Shown piece by piece: positions 38,941 through 51,575 of a stretch of DNA of 64,000 nucleotides (positions are counted from its first letter, which is position 1; each line of letters starts with the position of its first letter). The notes under the pieces are model-generated. The model was not told the DNA's origin, made no database searches, and was given only the letters and a program-made list of their open reading frames with translations. The stretch spans positions 4,526,001 through 4,590,000 of the forward strand of contig OX597819.1 in assembly GCA_951406725.2 (NCBI GenBank). Reading direction: 5' to 3'. A program made the position numbers and the translations under genes. This DNA is from Octopus vulgaris. Its lineage: Eukaryota.

Positions 38941-39022
38941 CTCTCGACATATGTTTCGAAGACAGCATATTTTCATTCCAAAGGAATAAAGGGTGGATTA
39001 TGCAATCTTCTCATCAGGAAAG
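38941..39022 (-). ncRNA. Type I hammerhead ribozyme, canonical core
   Basis: Minus strand reads ctttc-CTGATGA-gaagattgcata...tatgctgtcttc-GAAAC-atat-GTC-gagag. Long stem II, and stem III is the palindrome ACATATGT. Confidence 0.8.
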
Positions 39023-39409
39023 CAAGGGAGCCTCTCTCGACAACAAGACAAACAAAAATTTCGATGATTGCCTACATGGTAAACAAAGCGATAATGAGTG
39101 CTTTTAAAAAAAAAAACCGTTAGAAGAATTGACGTCAACGATAGATAGTAGGAAGAGAAGGGATAAAGGAATAATAGGTAGGGAACAAGTGGAGAGGGAA
39201 GGGTACGTTGATTGAAAGAATGTTCGAAGGCTTAGGAAAGAATTTCTCTATAGTAGTGGGGTGGACGTAAAGCTAATTGTTCAAAGCACAGTGGCTATCG
39301 TTGTTATTTATATGTCGAGAGTAAAGGAATTTTGTTAACATCTTCGTTCGACTCCATTCTTTCATTTATATATATATATATATAGTTTATTATTAACAGC
39401 AAAGTAATC

Positions 39410-39737
39410 CATCTTCACTTACAGTTGTTTAAATTAATACTTAGTAAATATTAAATTTATATTTATATAACCTGAGCATAATATCTCCTGAGGAAAAATA
39501 TGCTCTTGGATGTTTTAGATGCATTTATGGATTCATTATAGCATAATATCTTTAAAGGAAAAAATATACCCTTGGATTTTTTATGGATTCATTTTAGCAG
39601 TCTGCTATAATGAATCCATAAAAACATCTAAAACACCCAAGGGTATATTTTTTTCTTCTGAAGACATTAGCTCAGGTCATATAAATATGAATTTAATATT
39701 TACTAAGTATTAATTGAAACAGCTGTAAGGGAAGATG
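39410..39737. repeat. Foldback inverted repeat with arms of about 135 bp
   Basis: 39410-39543 is the reverse complement of 39603-39737, and the spacer is a partial direct copy of the left arm. Confidence 0.85.
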
Positions 39738-39958
39738 ATTAATTTTTAACTTTCCAATCTCTATTTTCTTTTTCTTCTTTTAAAAGAATATAAGCTATGT
39801 GTTTATATATATATAATATATATATATATATACATAATATTTTAGGGAAATTAATTCCCCTAAAATACTAGGGATTGAACCAGTATTTCCTTGGATGGAA
39901 CCATCTCTTCATGATGTTAACACACATGTGTGTGTGTCTCTGTCTGTCTGTCTATCCG

Positions 39959-40009
<51 letters not shown>

Positions 40010-40164
40010 GGGGAGAAAGAGAGTGAGATAGAGCTGCATACCTAGCCAGTGGTGTGACATCATTCTGAAGGTAAAACGATGCAAATCGCATTGTGACCAA
40101 CGATGTATAACAACATCCGATAGTCTGGGCGATCACATGATCACACAATACACACACACACACA

Positions 40165-40197
<33 letters not shown>

Positions 40198-40798
40198 AAG
40201 GCAGAGAAAAAGTGAGAGAAATATATGCACATAGACAGACAGACTGACAGATAGAGATAGAAATATAAATACATACATACATACATACATACATACATAC
40301 ATACATACATACATACATACATACATACATACATACATACATACATAGTGCGATTGAAATTCTTATACACCAAAATAGAAAACTACGGAGTGAATTCGTG
40401 TATTATAGGATATTTTCACTGATCTCCATCATTAGAAAGATCGCCGAGTTCAGATACAGAAACAAAACTGGAGACATGGTTCATAATCTTCACTGAAACA
40501 CGTCTCAGTTTATATAATTAAATAATCTAATCCAATTCTCCAGCTTTGTGTGTGTGTGTGTGTGTTCACGCGCGCGTGTGTATGTGTGCGTATGATTATA
40601 TACATACATACATATATCTAAGTGTAAAATGCCTTAACTTCACCGGCAGCTGACAAGATGAATAGGTAAGGTGGTGACGCTACATCCAACGCGATTGCAC
40701 GTATATACACACAAGCACACACACACATACACACACTCATAAATACATGTGTTTATATATGTATATATATAGAGAGAGATAGATATACATAACTATAT

Positions 40799-41591
40799 AG
40801 GCGCAGGAGTAACTGTGGGGTAAGTAAACCACATGGTTTTTGGTTCAGTCCCACTGCGTGGCACCTTGGGCAAGTGTCTTCTACTACAGCCTCGGGCTGA
40901 TCAAAGCCTTGTGAGGGGATTTGGTAGGCGGAAACTGAAAGAAGCCCGTCATATTATCTCTCTATATGTTTTATATATTCTTTTTATATATTTTTTCATA
41001 TCTTTTACATATTTATAGATATATTTTTGTATTTTTTTTGCTTTATATATTTTTACACATTTTTTCTGTATTTTACCTTTCACCCTGCATTTTTCTTCTG
41101 CATGTATGTATATAGACGTGTATATGAACTTTTGTGTGTGCGTGTGTGTGGGTATGTATATATGTACATGTATATGTACATGTGTATAGCTGCATATATA
41201 TGTGGGTGTATATGCGGCGAGTGTTTCACGTGAATGTGAGTGACCATATGCATATAGGCACATGTACTTCGGTGTGCGTGCACGCATGTGTAAGTAGGTA
41301 CATATGCGTACACGCGATTTCTATGAGCATTTTTACTTCTTTACTTTTTATTTCTTCCCCTTCGGTTTTTTCCCCTTATTGAAGCTCTTTTGTCTTAATA
41401 ACGGTCAATTATATAGTAATTTTCCTTTGTTTAACGGTCATTTTCATAGCATATTTTGATTGCCTCGATAACTGACGAGATGCCGGAGCAGGTTTCCGCC
41501 CCGACAACCGAAACTCGGAGTCTGATTATGCTAACCGAATAATTGTCACATATTATATTACAGATATATATATATATGTACATATATATAT

Positions 41592-41682
<91 letters not shown>

Positions 41683-41702
41683 CATATATATACATATATA
41701 TA

Positions 41703-41735
<33 letters not shown>

Positions 41736-41968
41736 ATGTATTTGCATGCGTATGTGTATGTTTCTGTGTCTGTGTTTGTCGCCCCAACATCGTCTGACAA
41801 CCGATGCTGGTGTGTTTGCGTCCCCGTAACATAGCGGTTCGGCCAAAGAGCCTGATAGTATAGGTACTAGACTTACAAAGAATAAGTTCTGGGGTCGATT
41901 TGCTCGACTAAAGATGGTGCTCCAGCATGGCCTCAGTCAAAAGACTGAAACAAATAAAAGAATAAAGG
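40799..41968 (+). mobile_element. SINE family A split at its internal microsatellite
   Basis: Head at 40799-40950 and tail at 41760-41968, same orientation and contiguous in consensus. Confidence 0.7.
41467..41530 (+). ncRNA. Degenerate hammerhead motif
   Basis: CTGACGA...GAAACTC-g-GAGTC core is intact, but stems I and II are partly eroded. Confidence 0.4.
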
Positions 41969-42114
41969 AATGAAAGACTATAAATGCATGTCTATAAACA
42001 TCGGTGTGTATATGCATATCTTTATATACAATACACACACACACACGCAAGGACACAAACACATTGATGTTAGCTATAAATTTTGTGCGTGTGTGTATGT
42101 TTGTGTGTGTGTGA

Positions 42115-42148
<34 letters not shown>

Positions 42149-43099
42149 ATGTATTGTATGCATAAACCTTGTGACGAACATAATAGGACCTCTAACTTCT
42201 CTTCCTACTTTAACAGCCGTTATTGGTTTTAAATAGGACATAGCATATAGTCCGACCTAAATAAAACCAGGCCTAAAAATAGGCCCAGGAAAAATACGAA
42301 GCTCGCACGCCTTTCTCCTACAATCTTTGGATAAACGAAGGTAAACATTCTTATCTTTGATAAACATTTTCCCCTTTAACCATAGACTTCAATAGGTATT
42401 TCGTAAAAGTTTCCCATAACTTTATACCCTAATGAGAAAAGCTTTATTTCTATGAAGCTACACAAGATGCTCACACCAAATTGCAATGGTAGGAACCCAG
42501 ACACTTGTCTAGTAGACTAGGCATGCATGGTTAGCTAAGTCGTCTAAAAAGGCGAGGTCAACTCTTTTGCCAAATAAAGGAACGAGAGGAAATAAATATA
42601 TTGGACCGTGCGAAATTAACACTGTCAGACGCTTTGATAAGATCAACGAAAGTATGAAAAGATCAAGGTTTTGCTTTCTTTCCCTGAAGCTGACGAAGAT
42701 TGAAAATTCTATTAGTTGTTTCTTGTTTGGTAAACCACACTGAAAATTACGAGCAAATTACAAAGAAACGGATCGTACAATGATTATGACAGACTATAAA
42801 TTACCTTTGCCCTTGTAGAGATGAATTATATTTGTTTCACTGAAAGCTGCCGAAACTAATTTATTCATAATACAAATGTTACTCTTTCACGGCAGCACTT
42901 ACCTTTTATGATTTGCGAAATAACCATCAAATATGCTACAGATGAGGAAATTATCTTCAACAAACCTCTCTCGATGTTTACATTTACTGAATCCCACACT
43001 TCTAAGGCGTATAAATTCTTCTTATTTTGAACCAGAGATCATAAGTTGAGGACTTAGTCTAATCTTGGAGATTTTTGAAAACTGCATTTAGTTTGTTCT

Positions 43100-43960
43100 T
43101 AGGATATCTGAATGTTTGTACGTTCAGCTTAAGTCTCGATTTCGATTTCAACTTATATGTTGTTTCTGCTGAAACTTGAATTTGGCCGCAGCCATTTTTA
43201 ATTTGACAAAATAAGTGGAGTACGAAATGCGCGAGTCACTTTGATTTCCCGTCAGGTTAATGAACAATTACATGACCAGGTTGACGTCGGTGTTTATTGT
43301 ATGGGTGTTGTTATAGTGCTTTGTATTTGTTTTTCTGCTAAAACAGTTCACTGATGACAAGGCTATGTGAAGCGCAAGTGGCAAAAGCTGTGTATACTTC
43401 TCATTTTATTCCCCACACCATGATTTTCTATAATCCTTTTCCATGCAATATAATTTGACTCATCTCTAGAATTGATGTCCACGAGAAGGAAAAGACGATC
43501 AGTAGACATTTTCCAAGGTCGAGCTCATTGAAAATGAACTTTCATTGAAAATGAACCATCTGCTTCCTGTGTTGGCGCATACACATTAACATTGCATGCC
43601 ACATTCGTCCAAGATTGATATATGACATGATTCCTGCACTGAAACTTCTAAGAAGTTTTACAATATGCCAAATCCATATCTTGTGGATAGCAAAATGATC
43701 CTTATGTTCACGAGTTTAAGCATCCTAACATCTTATCCTCTGGCAAAAGTAGCCATTTACTTGAAGACTAGACAAATCAGCCTATCTTGCTTTACTGAAG
43801 GTTACAATATCAATATTAAGCTGCGATAGTACTTTGGTTACTATTGCTGTTTGACATCCAAGCTTGTTTGAACCATCTTGTAATGTACGAACATTCCATA
43901 ATGCAGTGCTTACTTTAAATTGTTATATTTTGCCAGATGACCCTTTATTCTCTTGAGTTT
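43100..43960 (-). pseudogene. Decayed RTE-type AP endonuclease domain
   Basis: Manual minus-strand translation gives ALWNVRTL...LSQLNIDIV, REH..FAIH, VNVYAPTQEA and HGVG in the expected order, with stops and frameshifts. Confidence 0.65.
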
Positions 43961-44479
43961 TCTTCTCTCTTGACTTTTTTTTACTCATTAGCTAAGAAGG
44001 TTATTTCGGTAGGCGGAGACCGTTTAATTCAGACGGGTTTTTTTCTCTCTCCAATCTCTTTTCCTTCCCCATAAACATGTGTGCCCAATCGACCACAGTT
44101 AACAAAGAACCTTTTCTAATTTCTTTGATTGAAGAAAGCAGGCTATCTCTAAATAGGGCTGTTTTAACATAAAAGTATGACTGAAATAGACTATAGCTCT
44201 TCTAACATACAGCAACCATCACACCTTTGCAGGCAATGATGTAGATTCATGTCTGAGAGCTTCTAGTAGCATCTCCCATCTGCCCACGTCGCCACTTACG
44301 TTTCTTTATTGGACTTCTAGAGGGGTCGGGGTGTTATCTGTTTGATGGACAATCACATGAAAGGATTAAAATTAGGTTCAGGATGAGCTATTAACATTAT
44401 CCCTTCCTTAACTTTGCCAGTCTACTGGCATGGAGGCCATTAGGAAAGGATATCCTATAAGTGCAACGTAATAAGGCAC

Positions 44480-45826
44480 CAATCTCAAATCATTCCAATA
44501 CCCAAAAAAGGCGATTTGTCCCTCGTCACCAACTACAGGGGCATATCTCTAATGTCAATTGCTGCAAAACTGTACAACAAACTGATCCTAAATCGTCTTG
44601 TCCTTTTTGTTGAACCTTTGCTCCGAAAGAACCAAAATGGATTCAGACATGGGCGCTCAACGCTGAGCCAGATACTATGCCTGCGCAGACTTATTGAAGA
44701 ATCAAAAGCATTTAATCGCGATCTTGCAATGGTATTTGTAGACTTTTCTAAAGCGTTCGATTCTGTAGATAGGTACAAGATGTTTGAAATCCTTAAGCTC
44801 TATGGGATACCAGACAAAATTATTTCTGCCATCAAGGTCCTCTACACAGATGCGTCTTCAACCATCTTAACCCCTGATGGAGAAACATCATCTTTCTCAA
44901 TCAAAGCCGGAATACTGCAGGGAGACACACTCGCCCCATTTCTGTTCATCATTGTTGTTGATTATGTGCTACGTATGTCAGTTGATACCATCTCTAGCAA
45001 GGGCTTTGAAATAAAACCAAGAAGAAGTTCCAGACACCCAGCTGAGTACTTGACAGACACTGACTTTGCTGACGACATCGCTCTTATCAGTGATTCTCTC
45101 TCCAATGCCCAGTCTCTTTTACAATCTCTTGAACAAGCCTCAAATTGTGTAGGTCTTTACCTCAATGAGGCCAAAACTGAATACATAAACAAGTGCCTGT
45201 CCAACAGTGATTGCATCATCCACACTCTCAACAGTGCGCCTTTAAATATGGTTTCTGATTATAAATATCTTGGGTCATACATATCATCATCTGGAAAAGA
45301 CTTTCTAACTAGAAAGGGTATGGCCTGGTCAGCCTGTAATGACATGCATAAGATCTGGTCATCAAATCTAAGTAGAGACTTCAAACTTGAAATATTCAAA
45401 GCCACAGTCGAACCAATTCTACTACATGGCTCAGAAACCTGGACGTTATCAAAGAAGCTTGAGAGGCGGTTGGATGGAACCTACACTCGCCTCCTTATGA
45501 GAGCTCAAAATCTATCGTGGAAGCGCCATCCAACCAAAATGCAAATATATGGGAAATTACCACCTGTGTCATCTCTTGTGAAAGGTAGGAGAGTCCAGTT
45601 TGCTGGACATTGTTGTAGAGCTGAAAAAGAAGTAATTTCTACTCTTCTCCTCTGGAAGCCATCTACTCGCAATACCAGAGGGCGCACACTCTCCTACCCT
45701 GATGTAATCTCCAGGGATATAGGCATCCAGCAACAGGACCTCCGTAATGCTATGATGGACCGTGAAGTCTGGCGTAACATAGTAAATTCCATTGTCTCGA
45801 CCACGGTCGAACAATGATGATGATGA
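44480..45826 (+). mobile_element. RTE-clade LINE, 5'-truncated, uninterrupted RT ORF (44516-45817)
   Basis: NYRGISL, QNGFR, FVDFSKAFDSV, GILQGDTLAPFLF, FADD, YKYLGS, GSETW, and a (TGA)n tail after the stop. Confidence 0.95.
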
Positions 45827-46928
45827 AGAGGCAAATTTTGCTACTAGATGATAGATCCCTTGAGACATCTCAGTGGAGATGTGGATAGCCGTTGGTTTTC
45901 AAGAAGCTCATCCGCCCAGTGACAAGGTTTGTTTTCAATCCTGCAGAGTGCCCACAAAACCTTCCCATTCTGACTTGTCAAGCGAGGGAACTAGTTTAGC
46001 CACCATCTGCTCCACCATTTGGCAGATTGTACTGGTTTACATGCTACAAGTACCAGATAATACCAGAGTTAGCAGCTTAACTATGATACTCTTCCTCCGC
46101 TCCTCTGATTTTCCCAACATAACTACTGTTATGTTTTTTTTCAATATGTACTCTTGGATCTTTCTAACTATTAAGAACAGTGAAAAGAAACTTGAATCAT
46201 AATACACAGATTCTCCTGGATGAGAATGCACATGGAGTTTAAATGCTGGTGCTGTCATATAATTTGAATTTAAATTGCACTACGTAATTATATATTCGTG
46301 TGAGTATGTTATGTTTTATCACTCTTAGCACTATTAGTAACATGTAACTTAGTACAACCTGTCGCATGGTCGGGCCATTGGCAGCCAAGTCGACCTATCA
46401 TGTCGAACTTATCATGTCTATTTAATAAGAAGAGTGGTTATCGTTGGACACTGTAGGTCGAAAAACAAAACCTGTCAAAAGACGGATGAACGGAGTAAAG
46501 TCAACGGCCATCCAACAGCTGTGAGTAAAAGATCCCTAGTCTTTGTTTAGGCATCTTTCTAGGAGAAACAAAGTCTGAATTAGTAACCCACCTCATTGTG
46601 AACCCAGAGATTTTGTTCTTGCTTGTCTCTGGACTACTTGCCTTTGTAGGTAAGAGTAAAAGCGATATTGTGCAAGCTGTTATTAAGGTTTCAGCACGGG
46701 CATTGCTGACCGGCATTGTCTTTAACATCTAAAATAAGATAATTTGATGGTCATACTCATCAGAGTCATTATGTATGTATGTATGTATGTATGTATGTAT
46801 TAGCGCAGTTTTGTCAGATGGTTATGTTCACTACGTAAACACAATTCTTCTGGTACAAAACGAGTAGTTGGCGTTTTGGACAAAGGACATTTTTGTAGGT
46901 TCTGCTTAACACACACACACACACACAA

Positions 46929-46961
<33 letters not shown>

Positions 46962-47139
46962 TACACATATAGGGAGAGAGAGGGGGGAGACAGAGAGCGG
47001 GTAACCGAGAGAGAGGGAGACAGAGAGAGTGGGAGACAGAGAGAGAGAGGAGACAGAGAGAGAGAGAGAGGGAGACAGAGAAGGGGAGAGAGAGTGCGTG
47101 ATACTGGGTTTTGGGAAAATGTATAGAAGCCGTATAGCA

Positions 47140-47241
47140 CCTGTAATCCAAAGTTTGGTTCTTGTCACACGATGTGTCACACTAGTTCCAGCATTTGTTT
47201 ACGGAACACTCAGCCACTTAAACGCTAATTCAATAAGCAGG
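47140..47241 (+). mobile_element. Degraded fragment of SINE family D
   Basis: Reverse similarity to 25365-25487 (cttgtcacac..gtgtcac, ctcagccactta, aagcagg). Confidence 0.55.
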
Positions 47242-47534
47242 TAATTTAAGAACAACAATTGCATAAATTTACATAATTCAAGTAAGTTGGATTTAGTTTA
47301 GCAATAATGTACTGAATAACGTAGTTTAGAATCTGAAAATTCTTTTTGAATTGAAATTAAGTCGGGAAAAGTAAGCAGATACTTAGTGGCATTCGTTAGC
47401 AACCTTGAAAGAGGTGGGGGAGATAATTTCAAAGAATTACGAATTAATTTTACTGAAACTTGAATATTCATGCTTAAGGGAAAATTTTTTCCATTTTCTT
47501 TTTGTTTTGTTTTGTCTTTAGTTTTTTTTTTTTA

Positions 47535-47593
<59 letters not shown>

Positions 47594-48074
47594 TTTTGGG
47601 GGTTTTTTGGCAGGCAAGGTGACAGCTACGTGCATACACTTAGGGAACTTTTCATTCACGCCAGCTTGTCTATTTATATCTTTCAACATCAGATATTTTC
47701 TCAGCTTTTTGTTTAATCGTTCCTTTAGATTATATCCAGCTTTCATTTAGACAACTGTTCATTTCTGTATTCATTTAATTTTGTAACTCTTATACTCACA
47801 TATTCCACACACACCTCTCTCTCTCACACATACACACACATACAAACCTACGCGCGCATGTATGCACTCCTACACACTTCTCTTTCCGTAATCTCTTTTA
47901 CTATCTGTCAGCCTCCCCTAATTTGTCCCTAAATAACTTTACTTTTTCGTGTGTGAACCCGAAAGCAACGCAAATGTATGGATGTGTATATTTGAATATA
48001 CTACATACATGTTCACACACACACACTCATACACACACACACACAAACGCACACGCATACGTACACACACATTC

Positions 48075-48129
<55 letters not shown>

Positions 48130-49054
48130 TATGTATATTATGTATATAGATAGATGCCTAATATATCCATATATACATGTGTGTGTGTGTGTGTGTGTTT
48201 TAACTAGATGTCATTATACATGTGCGAGTGTTTTCATGTGTATCTGCATGATTTAGCCGCCTATTCTTAGTAATACATACATAATAGTGAGAGCAGTTGT
48301 GTATGTATGACTATTTGACATTTTCTAGTATATATCTATTTCTGCTTCAGTATATACATATGTATGTGTATGTTGTTTATAGAACGTTTGTACGAATACG
48401 TACTTGCGAGCGCGCATGCGTGCGTGCGTGTATCTTTGTATCTCAGCGTAAGTGTGACTGGCCTATCTCGCTATCTGACTATCTAACTCCACGTCAGACT
48501 AGTTGTCTCTCTCTTATCTCTTATTTCTTGCTCTAACTATTTGAGTGTTGATAAAACTCCTATTTGGGAAGACGTAAACACACAGATAATCTTTAACTGT
48601 TTGGTTTTGTTTGATGGGTCTTGTTGAATACGACACCAGCTGGTTAAACTTCTCCTCGTTCACTATCAACAAACGTCGACTGTTCTTCATCTGCAGACTT
48701 AATATGATAACAGCTGCTTGTGAGAGAACTTCGACTGTGACACAATAAACGAGCTGCTTTTTCACAGCGTGTTTTTAGTTAATTATTTAAGCTTTCCGTT
48801 TGTACTCCGAAAGGCAAACAATCCTTCTCCTCTGAAGCAGTTCGATTGTGCTCACCTCAAATGACATCGATTCCGATGAAAATTCAGGGTTTTTTTCTCT
48901 CTTATTTGCAAGATTTGAAACCATTAAAAAAACGTATTTTATTTTACTAACTAATACAGTAAATCTGATCATCCCGATTCAAAAGCCTTAATGTAAGTAC
49001 AAAGAGATTCTTCCACCCATTACTTTCTAACATATATCTAAAAAGTTATTAGAT

Positions 49055-49470
49055 AGGCGCAGGAGTGGCTGTGTGGTAAGTAGCTTGCTAACCAACCACA
49101 TGGTTCCAGGTTCAGTCCCACTGCGTGGCATCTTGGGCAACTGTCTTCTGCTATAGCCCCGGGCCGACCAATGCCTTGTGAGTGGATTTGGTAGACGGAA
49201 ACTGAAAGAAGCCTGTCGTATATATGTATATATATGTATGTGTGTGTATGTGTTTGTGTGTCTGTGTTTGTCCCCCTAGCATTGCCTGACAACCGATGCT
49301 GGTGTGTTTACGTCCCCGTTACTTAGCGGTTCGGCAAAAGAGACCGATAGAATAAGTACTGGGCTTACAAAGAATAAGTCCCGGGGTCGATTTGCTCAAC
49401 TAAAGGCGGTGCTCCAGCATGGTCGCAGTCAAATGACTGAAACAAGTAAAAGAGTAAAAAAGTAAAAGAG
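49055..49470 (+). mobile_element. SINE family A, young full-length copy
   Basis: Near-identical to the reverse complement of 59208-59621. Confidence 0.95.
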
Positions 49471-49839
49471 TTAGGACAGTCGTATGCAAGAGAAATGCTT
49501 GAACGCCATATTTGTGAGCGCAGCCATGGCAATCAGTTAAGACGTTCGCTTTGCAGTCATACGGTTCCGCGTCCGATCCAACTGCTCCACATACTCAGAT
49601 AGACAGAAGCTGTATGAGCTAAATTGAGTAAATGAAAACTGCAGAAGCCCGAAACAGGATTTGTAGTTTCTTTTTACTTCACCGCTACATCATTTTCAGA
49701 GCTCCTGAAAATACCATGGGGCGATCTTCTTCTTCTGATAAAAATACCTAACAAATAACAAAGAGAGAATATGTGCAAGCCAGAGGAACAGAGAATGAGG
49801 AAAAGAGAGACAAGAGAGAAATATAACAGACAGAGAATA

Positions 49840-50045
49840 GGGAGAGAATCGGTTGAAAACAGCAGACGGTTTCAGAATAAAAAAAACATGTAAAACAACA
49901 TTTTTACCGAGAACTCTGGGCAAAATGTTATAGTGCATGACTATTCTTGGCACATAAGTAATATGTGTGTAAATTTTGGTGAAAATCGGTTGAAAACTGT
50001 AGAAATGCATAGGTTATGTACACACACACATACCTTTTCTTATAT
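49840..50045 (-). mobile_element. Possible Helitron/Helentron-like non-autonomous remnant
   Basis: Motif tgtgtgtaaattttggtgaaaatcggttgaaaactgtagaaatg...acacacac...tatatat parallels the layout of 22230-22325, and aatcggttgaaaac is repeated. Confidence 0.4.
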
Positions 50046-50053
50046 ATGTATAT

Positions 50054-50137
<84 letters not shown>

Positions 50138-50142
50138 CGCAC

Positions 50143-50476
50143 AGGCGCAGAAGTGGCTGTTTGGTAAGTAGCTTGCTTGCCAACCACTTGGTTCCGGGTT
50201 CAGTCCCACTGCGTGGCACCTTGGGCAAGTGTTTTCAACTAGTAGACGGAAACTGAAAGAAGCCCGTCGTATATATATATGTGTGTGTGTGTGTTTGACA
50301 ACCGATGTTGGTGTGATTACGTCCCCGTAACTTAGCGGTTCAGCAAAAGCGACCGATAGAATAAGTACAAGGCTTACAAAGAATAAATCCTGGGGTCGAT
50401 TTCTTCGACTGAAGGTGGTGCTCCAGCATAGCCGCAATCAAATGACTGAAATAAGTAAAAGAAAAGAATAAAAGAA
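50143..50476 (+). mobile_element. SINE family A with internal deletions
   Basis: Head, shortened body and (taaaagaa) tail. Confidence 0.9.
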
Positions 50477-50494
50477 TATATATATATTATTTCA

Positions 50495-50702
50495 TTTTTA
50501 CTTGTTTCAGTTTTTTGAATGCGGCCATGCTGCATCACCGCCTTGAACAAATCAACCCGAGGACTTTATCTTAAGCCAAGTACTTATTCTATTTATCTCT
50601 TTTGCCGAACCGCTATATTATGGGGGACGTAAACACACCAGTACCGGTTCTCAAGCGGTGCTAGGGGGACAAACACAGACACAAAAGCACCCACACACAC
50701 AC

Positions 50703-50784
<82 letters not shown>

Positions 50785-50905
50785 CGGGCTTCTTTCAGTT
50801 TCCGTCTACCAAATCTACTCACAAGGCTTTGGTCGGCTCGGTGCTATAGTAGCATTGAACTGTGAACCACGTGGTTGAGGGGCTTCTTACCACACAGTCA
50901 CGCCT
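50495..50905 (-). mobile_element. SINE family A, tail-to-tail with the previous copy
   Basis: Reverse copy with an internal deletion. Confidence 0.85.
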
Positions 50906-51190
50906 ATATGTGTGTGCATGTGTGTATAGTGTGTCAGTCAGTCTGTCTGTGTCTGTATGTGTGTAGTGGTACTTCTCAGTCTTTCGACGATGAAGATTCA
51001 GTTGTTCCTTCAAGTGAATTACTCCTGAATTAATGTTAGAAATTAATATCATGTCTTTGATTAATAAGCATTGTAGTTTTTGTCTTGTTTTCTTTTCTTT
51101 TCTTTCCTTTTTGCATAGTATTACTTTAACATTTCCCTTGGAAGATGCTTAAAAAAGAAAATAGTTCTTGAAACCTTTCTGGTTATTTTA

Positions 51191-51575
51191 CAGGGTTTTC
51201 TCCCAAACTCAACATTATCAACCTCAATCACGTCCATGTCGGCCTCAGATTCGTCATCGTCAACTTCACTTTCCTTACCCTAAGTCTCGATTACGTTATC
51301 ATCTATTTCGATTTCATCATTGTCAACTTAAATGCCGTCACTGGAGGAAAAAGCGATTTTTTTTATAAACGATCATAAACAGCAATAATTCGCCCCATCC
51401 AGCAGTCATGACATTTAAGCTGAGGATGACGAAATTAAAGTTAGCGATGACGAAATCGAGATAGACACAACGCAATGGAAACTGAAGACAGCGATACTGA
51501 AGCTAACAATTAGAAATTTGAGGTTAACTTTCAAGAAACTGAGGTTGATAGTAACGAATTTGAGGGGAAACTCTG
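51191..51575. mobile_element. Palindromic MITE with a TA TSD
   Basis: TA|cagggttttctcccaaactc...ttatcaacctca versus tgaggttgata...atttgaggggaaactctg|TA. The arms extend inward as degenerate inverted repeats. Confidence 0.75.

Noticed and set aside
43352-43358. Lone CTGATGA (also at 8913 and 33550, and CTGACGA at 42690)
   Set aside because: No matching GAAA/NUH with pairing stems was found. The copy at 33550 is only a partial duplicate.
43100-45826. Minus-strand APE next to plus-strand RT as one 5'-inverted LINE
   Set aside because: The APE is heavily decayed while the RT is intact, so two insertions of different age are more likely.
46501-46728. ORF ending MPKQ...IFYSQLLDGR
   Set aside because: Probably a very decayed RTE C-terminus. 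It is too weak to annotate and is not a host gene.
48514-48972. Two short minus-strand ORFs and a possible splice donor
   Set aside because: No recognisable domain or supported exon chain.
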